DNA from: Octopus bimaculoides
Lineage: Eukaryota
Reading direction: 5' to 3'
Length of the DNA stretch: 64,000 nucleotides
Assembly: GCF_001194135.2 (NCBI RefSeq)
Contig: NC_069002.1
Location: 22,467,695 to 22,531,694, forward strand
The notes under the pieces are model-generated. The model did no database searches. It was not told where the DNA came from and was given only the letters and a program-made list of their open reading frames with translations. A program made the position numbers and the translations under genes. Each line of letters starts with the position of its first letter. Positions within the stretch are counted from its first letter, which is position 1. Shown one piece after another: positions 51,107 through 63,644 of this stretch.

Positions 51107-53560
51107 TTTGTAGATGAGAAAATAATTTGTAGATAAGAAAAAATTTGCAGACAAGAAAAAATTTGCAGATAAGAAAAAATTTGTAGATAATAAAAAATTT
51201 GCCAATGTTCTGCGCCGTGAGGACCAAAGACTTGAAGTATTTCGTGTTGCAAGACAGTGTGTGAGAGAGAATTGTGATGTCGTCGGAGAAAAATGTGTTC
51301 GCATGGATGATGGTACGCTTGCACTAAATGAGGCTGCAAAGAAAGAGGTTTGGAGATGCCACTACGAAAGATTGCGCAATAAAGAGAATGAATGGGAGAG
51401 AGAGAGCCTGCCGAATGTCGACCCAACAGAGGGACCATCTATCCAAGTTGACAGTACCATGGTGACAAAGCAATTAAGAGTATGAAGACAGGGAAAGCCC
51501 CTGGCCCATCAGGAATCACTGCAGAGATGCTCAAAATATCTGGCAGTGTCGGCTATAGCCTAGTCACCTGTATTGCTAACCAAGTGATACAAGAAGGAGT
51601 CATACCCAATGACTGGTGTAGCAGCACCATAGTCAACTGCTACAAAGGTAAAGGCGACGCTTTAGATAAAAATAATTACAGAGGTATCAAGCTGTTAGAT
51701 CAGGTAATGAAAGTCCCGGAGAGGGTTATAGCCCAACTAATCAGGGAGCGAGTCAGTTTAGATGAGATGCAGTTTGGGTTTGTGCCAGGGAAAAGCACCA
51801 CTGATGCTATATTTCTGGTAAGACAGCTGCAGGAGAAATACCTAGCCTTGACATGGAGAAAGCCTTTGACAGGGTCCCCCGAACCCTTATCTGGTGGTCA
51901 ATGAGGAAACTAGGGATAGAAGAATGGTTAGTGAGAGCTGCGAGCCATGTACAGAAACACTGTCAGTAAGGTGAGGGTTGGCAACAAGTACAGTGATGAA
52001 TTCCGGGTAGAGGTAGGGGTCCACCAAGGCTCTGTCCTCAGACCCCTCCTATTTATCATAGTCCTCCAGGCAATAACAGAGGAATTCAAGATAGGATGCC
52101 CCTGGCAGCTCCTCTATTCTGATGACCTTGCACTAATTGCTGAGTCACTATCAGAACTAGAGGAGAAGTTTAAGGTGTGGAAGCAGGGTCTAGAATCGAA
52201 GGGCCTTAGAGTAAACCTAGCTAAAACCAAAGTCCTAATAAGTAGGAAGGTAGATAAAACACAAACCCCTTCAGGTAGATGGCCCTGTTCAATATGTAGA
52301 AAAGGTGTAGGTAGAAACTCTATAAGATGTACCCAGTGCAAGCTATGGACACATAAGAGGTGCAGCAATATCAAAGGAAGGTTAACTAGGAAGTTAGTGT
52401 TTGTATGTGGCNNNNNNNNNNNNNNNNNNNNNNNNNNNNNNNNTGTACGAACAGCCATGCTACATGGCAGTGAAACATGGGCCGTGACTGCTGAGGACAT
52501 GCGTAAGCTTGCAAGGAATGAAGCCAGTATTCTCCGATGGATGAGTAATGTCAGTGTGCATACCCGACAGTGTAAGTATCTTGAGAGAAAAGTTGAACAT
52601 AAGAAGCATCAGTTGTGGTGTGCAAGAGAGACAATTGCGCTGGTATGGACACTTGGCGAGAATGGATGAGGATAGCTGCGTGAAAAAGTGCCACACCCTA
52701 GCGGTTGAGGGAACCCATGGCCTTGGAAGACCTGGGATGAGGTGGTGAAGCACGACCTCTGAACATTAAGCCTCACCGAGACAATGACTTCTGACCGTGA
52801 CCTTTGGAAATATGCTGTGCATGAGAGGACCCATCAAGCCAAGTGAGACCGAAATCCAAGGCCTATGCTAGGGATGTAGCCAGCCCACTTACGCGTAACA
52901 TTCCTTCATTGGACACTAAACTCCGCTTGCGAAGACATGGTGAGGCAAGTGAAATCGAAATCAAACTAAATTTGTAGGAACACTAAACTCCGCTTGCGAA
53001 GACCTGTTGTGGCAAGCGAAAGCGAAATCGTGATGGCACCTGTACCAGTGGAGCACTAAGAGCACCGTCCGAGCGCGATCGTTGCCAGAGCAGCTGTCTG
53101 GCTTCCGTGCCGGTGGCACGTAAATAGCACCATTTGAGCGTAATCATTGCCAGTGCCGATGGACTGGCCCCTATGCAGGTGACACATAAAATACACCATT
53201 TTGAACGTGGCCGTTGATCGTTACAAACGTCGCCTCCCTGGCACTTGTGCCAGTGGCACGTGAAAAGACATTCAAGCGAGATCGTTGCCAGTGCCAATGG
53301 ACTGGCTCCTGTACAGGTGGCACGTAAAATACACCATTTCAAGCGTGGCCGTCGCCAGTACCGCCTGACTGGCCCTCGTGCCGGTGGCACATGAAAGCAC
53401 CCACTACACTCTCGGAGTGGTTGGCATTAGGAAGGGCATCCAGCTGTAGAAACTCTGCCAAATCAGATTGGAGCCTGGTGTCGCCTCCTGGTCCACCAGT
53501 CCTCAGTCAAATCGTCCAACCCATGCTAGCATGGAAAGCGGACGATAAACGACGATGATG
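51107..53560 (+). mobile_element. Largest RTE-LINE copy: 5'-truncated, frameshifted RT ORF, zinc-finger-like segment, subrepeated 3' UTR and (GAT)n tail
   Basis: ORFs 51261-52669: KAPGPSG, WCSSTIVNCYKGKGD, NYRGIKLL, MQFGFVPGKSTTDAIF, GVHQGSVLRPLLF, LYSDDL, VNLAKTK, CSICRKGV...CTQCKLWTHKRCS. Confidence 0.97.
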
Positions 53561-54810
53561 TATATGAAACCCTATTTGCTGACAATAACTCATTGAGTAC
53601 TGAATTCATATTGAATATTTAGAATGAAAACCATCATTTATCAATCTCAGGAAGTAAACAACAGTAATCCACTCAAATTCTCCCCAACAAACCTGAGTCA
53701 ATTATCCTCTCTCTCGACATATGCATGGGGTTGAGGAGAGATCAATCACTTCAAATTAACACCCATTACACCCATTAACACTTTCCCTGTCCAAAGTATT
53801 TCCATAAGTTTTTCATTAAGCATCCATGCTTGCTTTCAGATATTTAGTCAGCCCGTGTTTCATATCTTCTGAGTGATATAAAGCTTTCCTTTCATAAATC
53901 ACAAGTTACTCTGGTAGTTGAAAACAAATTGGGCATATGTATCAGATATGATGCATAGAAGCCAGAGAAATATGATTTGTATATCACATGTGATATGCAG
54001 GACAGGCAAAAGTTTTGAGTATGAAACACATTTCTGTAAGGCCTAAACCACAAGATGAATTTACTCTAATGACATCATTGTTAAAATAATTGAGCCAGAG
54101 AATAACTAAAATCAAATAACTTAATTAAAAGCAGCAGTAATTTCTCTCATGAAATGGCAAAAAAAAAAAAATAGAGAAAGAAAGAAAGAATGGCATTCTT
54201 TAAAAAGATGAACAAATGTCAACTTGATAAACAATTATTATAATAAATAATAGAGTAATTTCTGGGGCAAACACACATGCAGGAGAACATTATAATTCAA
54301 CACTGAACATAGACAGAAAAATAAAAGAAAGCGAACATACAAACAAAAGTAGGCATTCTCAACAAATAACTTGAAACATTATTTGTATAATTATTATCAA
54401 ATTACATAAAAATACAGAACAATGTGAATATACTCAAAACAGTGCAAAAACAAAGGTAAAAAAATGAAATAAAAATTATTGTAAATTAAAATAAAAATAT
54501 TTCAAATCAAAATGAAATTCCCCATTGAAAGATTTTAATGTTTTTTTCCCTTCTGTTTTAAATAATTTAAAAAAAAAAAAAATTAAAAAAAACTCCAGAT
54601 AAAAGAGTTATTCAGTGATCTCTTTAAGCTAGATAGTTAGGCAATAGTGGTAATAATAATAATTAACTGGTGCATCAACTAAGAGCCAGTGATATTAGTT
54701 TTTAGTAGGTTGTTGTTAGAAGAGTAAAGTGAGCAACTGAATGACCAGCCAAACCAATGCTATTAACGTGTGTGCGTGTGTGTAGGAGTTTTAACGAGGA
54801 GCAAGTTTAC

Positions 54811-54897
54811 CGGCTGGGTGTTGTTCTTATCAGCGAAAGGGTTGAAATCATCCAAAGTGCCTTGGGTGCCACTGGTTGCCTGTCTGACGGAGGGATC
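54811..54897 (-). CDS. SCAMP: SCAMP coding exon (probably exon 2), DPSVRQATSGTQGTLDDFNPFADKNNTQP, with an NPF motif
   Basis: Acceptor tttatctgtttccag|GAT, donor CCG|gtaaac; 87 nt, phase 0/0. DPSV...(D/E)xNPF matches the SCAMP N-terminal NPF-repeat region as recalled from SCAMP1. Not in the ORF track. Confidence 0.9.
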
Positions 54898-55321
54898 CTG
54901 GAAACAGATAAACAGTCGCGTCAAGTAATGGAATCACCATGCATCCTTGCATCAGTGGAGGGCAGATATTAGCTGAAGATGGTGGAATAGAGAGATACAG
55001 ACATGTGCATGGAAGAAAAGGAGAGAGAGGAACAAGTAAAGGGCAGAGTAAAAGAGAGACTGGATCTGGGAGCGGGTGAATGAGAGAGAGAGATCAGTTG
55101 AATCAAATGTTATTGTAGAAATGAAATGTGGCTTTCGAAAACAGAAGTAAATATAACCTAAAGTAAACTCTGTGAAGAGAGTGTGTATATATACATTTAA
55201 AATCTAAGATAGGGAAAGAGAGAGAGAGAGAGAGAGAGATGAAGTGAACCTAACTGAAATGGTTCTTTCCAACCTCAGTAACAAAAGTTTCCATTCCAAC
55301 TTCCTATTCTAAGTGCAGTGA

Positions 55322-55350
55322 CCCTAACCCTAACCCTAACCCTAACCCTA
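55322..55350. repeat. Interstitial telomere-type repeat (CCCTAA)n running into an N gap
   Basis: ccctaaccctaaccctaaccctaacccta then N 55351-55447, then a G run. Confidence 0.85.
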
Positions 55351-55985
55351 NNNNNNNNNNNNNNNNNNNNNNNNNNNNNNNNNNNNNNNNNNNNNNNNNN
55401 NNNNNNNNNNNNNNNNNNNNNNNNNNNNNNNNNNNNNNNNNNNNNNNGGGGGGGGGGGTATAAGAAAGAGAAAGAGATTGTGGAGTGTTGATCACAATGC
55501 ATGTGTGTCGCAATTGTTCCATCAACGGCACAAATTCATTGATAATGGAAAACGGTGGAGTATTCCAGACACAAAGCCATAACCAAATCTTGAGGCAGGC
55601 TCAGCATGATTTGGTGTGATATGGCTGAACCATACTAATCCTTTTACAAATATACTTTCATACCCGAGGTCAACTCAAAACCATAGGAGAAGATACTTCT
55701 CCATTATGCACTTTTGCATACTGGAAGAGAAACAAGCACTGAAAGGCAAACTTATTAACCAGCTGCATGCCTCCACCCCTCTCTCACTCTCTCTCTCTCT
55801 CTCTCNNNNNNNNNNNNNNNNNNNNNNNNNNNNNNNNNNNNNNNNNNNNNNNNNNNNNNNNNNNNNNNNNNNNNNNNNNNNNNNNNNNNNNNNNNNNNNN
55901 NNNNNNNNNNNNNNNNNNNNNNNNNNNNNNNNNNNNNNNNNNNNNNNNNNNNNNNNNNNNNNNNNNNNNNNNNNNNNNNNNNNNN

Positions 55986-56184
55986 GGCGATAACTATTAA
56001 TTTCCAGTACCGCTGCTGTAGTCTCCTTTAGAGAGACTTAGAAATATTAATAACTCTATTTCTGAAAACCAGTGGATAGATTCCACTGAAATTAGATAAA
56101 TAACCTTCGAGCAGATAGTCAGCAGCGCCGCCTGGCTAAGGCTTGGCTACTCTGCATTGACAAGGGGCAACACCCTGAAACTAG
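55986..56184 (+). mobile_element. Possible non-autonomous Helitron 3' end
   Basis: Short hairpin gggg-caa-caccc 5 nt upstream of a terminal CTAG followed by T; further small hairpins upstream (agtctc/gagact, cagtgga/tccactg). Confidence 0.4.
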
Positions 56185-56210
56185 TCTATATATATATATC
56201 ATACACACAC

Positions 56211-56266
<56 letters not shown>

Positions 56267-58061
56267 TTTACACAAACGAGTCCCATTGTCAGCACATAAA
56301 TTTATTATATGAAATTAATTCTTAATTTCTGAAAATTATTGCCCCTTTTTCTTTAACAGTCAATAACAATTCCCACTAGGTTTTTGTTTACTTTCTCCAG
56401 CAAAAAGGGGAAATTACAGTTAATAGAGAATTATTTGAATACATCATTCAATACATAACTCCTTCCCTTCTTTAAGTTCTTGTCCTCTACTTCAATTCTA
56501 CAGATTTAACTCACCTTCTAAGTGTTTATGTGTGTGACTCTGCAGTAACTGGGTGTGTGTTGTGTATAGCCTTAGTGTTTCAAGCTAGGCACAGGGAAAA
56601 CCTCAAGCCAGCTAAAATTAATATTTGTTATACTAAACGACCAAACACGCTAATCTACTGTTTCATTATAATTTAAGAAATAACAGAAATTAAATTAACT
56701 AATGTTATTTGTAGAGAGCTATAGATATTTTAATGAGGGATTGGAGACAATGCAGCTAGGAAATTAAAAAAAACCCCAAAACAATGCAATTTTAGTCCAG
56801 ATGTTATCAAAGCCTATGATTTCCTGGAAATGGAGTATAACATTTGTAGAAAGTTCTTGGGTACTGCAGGGGTTATAGTGTCTGGTATTTAGCTAAGAGT
56901 CTGAGGAAATTAAAGAAACAGGCAATGAAGAATAAAGAGTCTGGCCCAAAACATAACAAAATACCATGAATTTGAACTCCTGATTAAAGGCATGGTAGAC
57001 CAGTGAATAAAGATATTATTGTGGAACTGTTCACTGGATCTGGATGATACTGCCAGAATTAACAAATTAACTAATGGTAATGCTTATAGAATGTAAAGTC
57101 AGGCATCAAGTCAAAATCAAACACATTAAAATGTCTACTGAAGTTGACGATACTTCAATGGTTCCTCATTAACCATTCTCATTCATTTAAAATGTTCTGA
57201 ACTTATTAACAACTTGATGAACTCATCTGACCAGGTGCACTGTGCAGTGTTGAGGGTAAGTGCAACTCATGTACACTGCACCTAATTGAAGTCACAGGGT
57301 GAAGAAATAAGGAATTATGGCCATATTTTTATCAACTGATTAGATTAAATTGTGGTCATCAAGTGTATGAAGCAGAGGAGTACATCAATCTACCAAAACT
57401 TTGTCCAATGAGTGACATTTTGCAAATATCACTGGTTTTCAACGAGGTGTCTACATAAGATTTTTTTTGAGTTACAATAAAATGGAGATCCTTGATAGTA
57501 TTTTAGTGGCCTATGACAAATATTGGCTTGCAAAAAAAAAAAAAAAATCCCCAGCTAAGTTTCTTTCTCTAACATTTTACATAGTTCATGTTCCCAGCCA
57601 CTGAAACATGTTCTCAAAGACAGGGGAAAATGGTTGAGAACCAATGTTCTAAATGGGTATATTTTTGGTAAAGCTTCAATACCTACTGCAGCTCTCTATA
57701 GAGAAGGACCTTAAAATGTTGGCTAAATCAGTCATCTACACAAAAATGAATATGTAATGGAGGGGGGGGATTAATAGACTATTTTGTGATAATCCAAGCA
57801 GAATCAACAACTGCACAAAAGACTGTACAGCATAGTCTGAGAAGGACAGATTTGGGATACAAAAATGACCATCTCTTCCTCAACAAAATACTAACTAGAT
57901 GAAACAACAATTAAACAATTATAAAATCATAACTAAATCCAAATTAAAGTTTTTACCAACATTTCCTTCAGTGGACTGGAACAATTTTCTTGGACAAATA
58001 TTTCCTGTTTCACACATACACACACATAAACTAAGCTACAACAGATTTTAAAACCTAAATA

Positions 58062-58735
58062 TCATCATCATCATCGTTTAACGTCCGCTTTCCATGCTAG
58101 CATGGGTTGGACGATTTGACTGCGGACTGGTGAAACCGGATGGCAACACCAGCCTCCAATCTGATTTGGCAGAGTTTCTACAGCTGGATGCCCTTCCTAA
58201 CGCCAACCACTCAGAGAGTGTAGTGGGTGCTTTTACGTGTCACCCGCACGAAAGCCAGTCAGGCGGTACTGGCAACAGCCACGCTCAAAATGGTGTNNNN
58301 NNNNNNNNNNNNNNNNNNNNNNNNNNNNNNNNNNNNNNNNNNNNNNNNNNNNNNNNNNNNNNNNNNNNNNNNNNNNNTTTATGTGCCACCCGCACAAGAG
58401 CCAGTCCAGGGGCATTGGCAACGATCTCGCTCGAAAATCCTTACACATGTCACGGGCACAAGTGCCAGAAAGGCGACGCTGGGCACAGGTGCTATCCCGA
58501 TTTTGCTATTCGCTTGCCCCAATAAGTCTTCACAAGCTGAGTTTCATGTCCAATGAAGGAGACGATGTTGGCACGGGTGCCAGTCGTCGAATTTAGTTCG
58601 ATTTCACTTGCCTCAACAAGTCTTCACAAGCGGAGTTTAGTGTTCAATGTAGGAAAGGTATGCATGAGTGGGCTGGCTACACCCCTGGCAGAGGCCTTAG
58701 ATTTAGGTCTCACTTGGCTTGCCGGGTCTTCTCAC
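58062..58735 (-). mobile_element. RTE-LINE 3' UTR fragment
   Basis: catcatcatcgtttaacgtccgctttcc... through rc of the 52800-52990 region of the large copy. Confidence 0.92.
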
Positions 58736-61409
58736 GAAAAAAAAGTAACTTGTCCTAAGAAATGAAAATTGATGAGGTTTTAGTTCTGTTGACAGTTCTC
58801 GTAGAATTCACTGTTCAAGGAACATCACTTGTTTTGTTCCATGTCTTCCTTGTCGTGAGTAATTTTGCTTTCTTGGCCCTCTTGGATGGAGGTGATTTAC
58901 AAAACCCTTATAATACACAGAAATAATGTAAATCCACTCCCAGAAATTCTGAAGAAATTTAAAGAGTCAGTCCTTGACCATGTTAATACAGTATCTACAG
59001 CATAATGAATTAAACCATTTTCCAGTTAAATGTCAAAGCAAGAAAATGTCAGTGATAGGACTGGAACTGGTCAATAGCACAAGATGAAACAACTGAACAC
59101 ACTCTACAAAGTAGAAGCTCTAAATCACTGATCACCTTTTTATGGTAAACATGTAGCTTCCAAGATAACCAAAAGCTCGGGGGTTTTTTTTCTCTTTAAT
59201 GACAGGAAACATCAGTTGTGAACAGCTGATGACCTGCAACTGAAATAACAAATGTTTGTTGTGATGTAGTGACCGGCCACAGAAACAATACCCAAAAACT
59301 AACCAACCAAAATATTTAGACAAGTCTTCATTTACCAAAAGACTTCAATGATGAATCCATGAAAAAACTGTCCTTCTTTCATCTCTTCTACCACAACTGT
59401 AATGATCTTTGTTCCTCTTAACCATTTAACACTTAAATTGGCCATATCCAGCCCAAATATTCTACCTGCTTTATGTTCAAACCAGCCAGATCTGGTTTCT
59501 CACACCAATTATATCAAAATCTCAAAGCTACAAGGTATTGCATGACTGATTCAAAACAATGTGAATAAATAAGCATTACATCCTAACAGACAAACCAGAA
59601 TACTTAAGGAATAAATTGGACAACCCCTACCACCACCCTGTTCTCTCCTGTCTGATGCATCTGCATCGACCATTCAGCACTTTAATGTATCATTCTCCCA
59701 GACTTCTATATAAAAAATATTTTGTCTAATCCTTCCTTCCTGAAAGTGCAATCTTTTGAAACTCTTTCCTGCCCTTCTTTCTCAACCCCAAACATCAACC
59801 TGCAGCAGTTCAAGTTGACCTCAAGGGTAAAGCTACAAGCACTGTCTCATTCTTTTATGTTAACCATCAAAAAAAAAAAAAAATTGTATTGATTTCACCC
59901 TCTACAGCATTCAGAAATTAAGTAGAAAGAGAGAAGGTGGAGGGGGGAACTAATGTCTAGATTACAAACGTGATTGACAAGAACTGTAGGAAACAGATAA
60001 AACACAACAGACAGATACCCTTTTTGATTCATTTTGATTAACAATTGCTTACATTGTAGTAACAAATGTTGATAAATTTTTACAACAATCATCTTTAATT
60101 GCTTTAATTAATTTTAAAATATTATTATTATTATTGCTTTTGTTGTTGGTTATGAAAAAAAAAACTGGAAGAGTTACCAGATAAAATGTTTTGGAGTATC
60201 AAGATCTATTCTTCTCTTACTTCAGTTCAAATCCCAACAGGTTTAACTTTCCACTCTTCCAGGGATATCAAAATATAAACTAGGAATCTGGTTATTTAGG
60301 GTTCAGTCAACTGCACCATTCCCTTCTAAATTTGGGGAAGTTTTCGAATGCAAGGGGTCAATGGTAGCTTAGACACTATAATTAGGAGAAAATCATCTAA
60401 ACTAAGACAAGACAGTCCTTTTAAATGTGATGTTAAATGTCTTCAGAAGAAAACAATTGAAAAAAAAATTGAAATGACNNNNNNNNNNNNNNNNNNNNNN
60501 NNNNNNNNNNNNNNNNNNNNNNNNNNNNNNNNNNNNNNNNNNNNNNNNNNNNNNNNNNNNNNNNNNNNNNNNNNNNNNGGATGCCCTTCCTAACGCCAAC
60601 CACTCAGAGAGTGTAGTGGGTGCTTTGTAGATACTATTTTTTTGTCTGTGTTGGCAACTTGTAATTTTCATCCATTTTCTCATGAGGAGATTTTGATGTT
60701 GCTGCAGTCGTTGTTTCACCCAAGGTCAAGCAGATTTATGGCCAAAGGTGTGACCAGAGGATGCACTGTCCAACGTATCCTTTTAAATGATAAAGGGTGA
60801 TTTAGGAGAGATTTGGCTGCTGTTACTTGCAGGTTGTATGACTGCATAAATGCTCTTGCTTTCATTGTTGGAGTATCTCCCTTCTTACTGTTAGTAACCA
60901 GTAGAAACTATATTTTTGCCAGTCAGTTTGACTAAGATTTGAACTTTTGATCTTGTAGTCAATAGTGCAGAAGCTTGACCTCACAATCATTATTCCTCAT
61001 TTACATGATGCTGTAAATAAGCAAATGGATTCTTGGGGCAATTAGTAAGTTGATTTCAAAGTGTCTTGTTTCTACAGAGTTACGATGAGAGAAGCCATGT
61101 GATTGGGGACAATACAAAGGATTTTGAGTTTCCTTACAGATTGAAAGATGCTGCCTTCTGTGTGTGCATGTGAAAGAGAGAAAGAAAGTGTGTGTGTGTG
61201 TGTGTGTGTGTGAGTGCGTGCATGCGTAAAAGACAAAATGAAGCAATTCTTTGAGAGACTAACATTATTTTCCATTTACCCAAGGTAGTTAAATACCAGT
61301 GATAACTTGTTGTAGATCCAGTTGGTTAATATAGATTTGGCCAAATGTAAGGAACCATCATTATCAATTAACATTATTATTACTGTTGCTGTTTTTGTTT
61401 TTCCATGCT

Positions 61410-61555
61410 AGTTCAGCGTTGGTGACGAGAAGGTCATATGGGTGTAAAAAACTTATTTCAAATAAAATCTCCATCCAACACATGTGTTGGATGGAGATTT
61501 TATTTGAAATAAGTTTTTTACACCCATATGACCTTCTCGTCACCAACGCTGAACT
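61410..61555. repeat. Perfect 146-bp palindrome with no spacer (73-bp arms)
   Basis: agttcagcgttggtgacgagaaggtcatatggg...atccaacaca|tgtgttggat...cccatatgaccttctcgtcaccaacgctgaact, centre 61482/61483. ORFs 61364(-) and 61386(+) share an identical peptide. Confidence 0.97.
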
Positions 61556-61636
61556 GTTTTTCCAGTAAAAGTTTGTACAATGCAGTAACAATTCTGCCAG
61601 CTCAATACCTTAATAATAATAATAATAATAATAATA

Positions 61637-61950
61637 AAAGACCTGGAAATAGAGATAACTCGAATGTGGAATCTAAAAACAGAAACAATTCCTATCATAG
61701 TAGGTGCCTTAGGTATAATAAAAAAATATTCAGACAAATACATAACAAAAATAGCAGGACTTACAAATATATATAACATACAGAAAATTGCACTACTGGG
61801 TACTGCACACATTCTACGCAAAACACTTTCAATACAGTAAACATAAGAGCACCACAGCAAACCACAGCACATACCCAAGGCGCACAGAGCTGCGCTCGGT
61901 AGTGAAGTGAAAGCACATTATAAAAATAAAACTACTGAATAATAATAATA
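61637..61950 (+). mobile_element. Dong/R4-type LINE 3' end, open 67-codon endonuclease C-terminus, embedded in (TAA)n
   Basis: 61637-61840 KDLEIEITRMWNLKTETIPIIVGALGIIKKYSDKYITKIAGLTNIYNIQKIALLGTAHILRKTLSIQ*; (AAT)n on both sides. Confidence 0.9.
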
Positions 61951-62387
61951 ATTTCTTTTCTGTAGCAATAACTGCACATAACATTAAAAATAAATTAGTT
62001 AATTTCTTAAATGCTCTCAATCCCTAGAGATCTATTGTAGTGTCGCATCTCTTAGCAACTGGCATTAATATAAGTATACACATAGAAACAGCTGAAAATT
62101 AGGTTAGTAATCAGGTGATTGGAGACCAATGACCCAAATTACAGTCAATTAAATTATTAAGTTGACAAATATAACACACAATAAAATTCTACTGAAGTGT
62201 GAATATGGAAAACACTAAAAATAGAAGAAAAAACAACTGAATTCTCGCAACGAAGGAACTCTATAATTTTCATACCTAAAATAATATAATATAGACATGA
62301 AGAAAAAAAAAAGGATTGCTAAAAACAATAAACAAAAACACAAAACACACTTTGTGATTGAAGCAGATGTGTATGGGTGTTTGTATA

Positions 62388-62663
62388 CTGGGCTGTGTGT
62401 TGTGTTCTTGAGCAAGACACTTTATTTTACGTTGCTCCAGCTGGAGAAATGAGTTGCGACATTACTGGTGCTAAGCTGTATCAGACTTTGCCTTTTCCTT
62501 GGATAACATTGGGGGCACGGAGAGAGGAGACTGGTATGCAAGGGCAACTGCTGGTCTTCCATAAACAACCTTGCTTGGACTTGTGCTGAGGAAGAGAACT
62601 TTCTAGGTGCAATCCCATGGTCATTTATGATCAAAGGAGGTCTTTATTATTTTTTTTTATAAA

Positions 62664-62680
<17 letters not shown>
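62388..62680 (+). repeat. SINE-derived block duplicated at 63695-63990
   Basis: ORFs 62377(+) and 63711(+) are nearly identical; same 3' flank ataaatgtgtgtgt. Confidence 0.9.
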
Positions 62681-62696
<16 letters not shown>

Positions 62697-63194
62697 ATGT
62701 ATGTATGTATATATATATATCATCATTTAACATCTGCTTTCCACGTTAGCATAAGTTAGACGGCTTAACTGGAAGTGGTAAGCCAGAGATCTACANNNNN
62801 NNNNNNNNNNNNNNNNNNNNNNNNNNNNNNNNNNNNNNNNNNNNNNNNNNNNNNNNNNNNNNNNNNNNNNNNNNNNNNNNNNNNNNNNNNNNNNNNNNNN
62901 NNNNNNNNNNNNNNNNNNNNNNNNNNNNNNNNNNNNNNNNNNNNNNNNNNNNNNNNNNNNNNNNNNNNNNNNNNNNNNNNNNNNNNNNNNNNNNNNNNNN
63001 NNNNNNNNNNNNNNNNNNNNNNNNNNNNNNNNNNNNNNNNNNNNNNNNNNNNNNNNNNNNNNNNNNNNNNNNNNNNNATATATATATATATATATATATA
63101 TAATCAAAACAAATGGAGAAACAAACAGAACAAGGAAAAAACAACAATGCAAGGACATGGTACACGCAAAGTACCATGCTAGGGAAGGAAAGGG

Positions 63195-63231
63195 TGTTTT
63201 ACGTTTCGAGCAGAGCTCTTCTTCAGAAACA
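63195..63231 (-). ncRNA. Minimal type I hammerhead ribozyme motif, Penelope-like element type
   Basis: Minus strand 5'-UGUUU CUGAAGA A GAGC-UCU-GCUC GAA ACGU A AAACA-3': stem I UGUUU/AAACA, core CUGANGA...GAAA, 4-bp stem II, palindromic ACGU stem III, GUA triplet. Confidence 0.7.
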
Positions 63232-63644
63232 GGAGACAGAGGAAAGTCCAAAAGAAAAGATATCTATCCATCTTTTCTACCCACCATTCCGGGGTGGGTC
63301 AGAGTGGGTAGAGTCCTCTGGCGTTTCCTCTTTAGGGTCCTGACAGAAACAACCTCCATTAGACTTTCTGGTTGGATTCTCAAGCATGATTAACTGAGAC
63401 TATCCATCTCGTTCTTCGTCAACCCTTAGGTCACCAGCCAGTAGGTACAGCTTGAAAAATCTATCTTGTGATCCTTTATCTGTGATTTTCTAATCACAAG
63501 TCCATAGTAATGAAGTCGTGATCTCTCAATGCAGAAGAACAGTGACTCAACCTGGAGAAATTCCCTGATTTCTAAGCTATGCACCTTGTTGAGTAACATT
63601 ACTTCAGAGAGCAATGTCTGCACATATACACAAAGTGAAGATGC

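Noticed and set aside
51107-51200. CRISPR-like array
   Set aside because: Eukaryotic context; the repeats are directly adjacent with no spacers. No CRISPR array in the window.
52412-52443. Apparent in-frame deletion in the large RTE ORF
   Set aside because: It coincides with an N gap; the missing segment is present in the copies at ~10170-10320 and ~19790-20010, so the gap size is probably underestimated.
57233-57283. Small hairpin gtgcagtgt...acactgcac as a pre-miRNA
   Set aside because: Short, bulged stem; more likely a MITE fragment.
59137-59233. Exon-like segment on the minus strand (ttgcag|GTC...AG|gtgatc)
   Set aside because: Weak donor, no SCAMP similarity and no frame fit that can be tested.
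61010-61040. KNPFAY on the minus strand as SCAMP exon 1
   Set aside because: Flanked by in-frame stops, no ATG, no second NPF and no donor.
9264-63251. Long ORFs in the track containing runs of X (e.g. 9274, 11976, 18868, 26165, 46155, 55616, 62727)
   Set aside because: They are open only because N gaps contain no stop codons.
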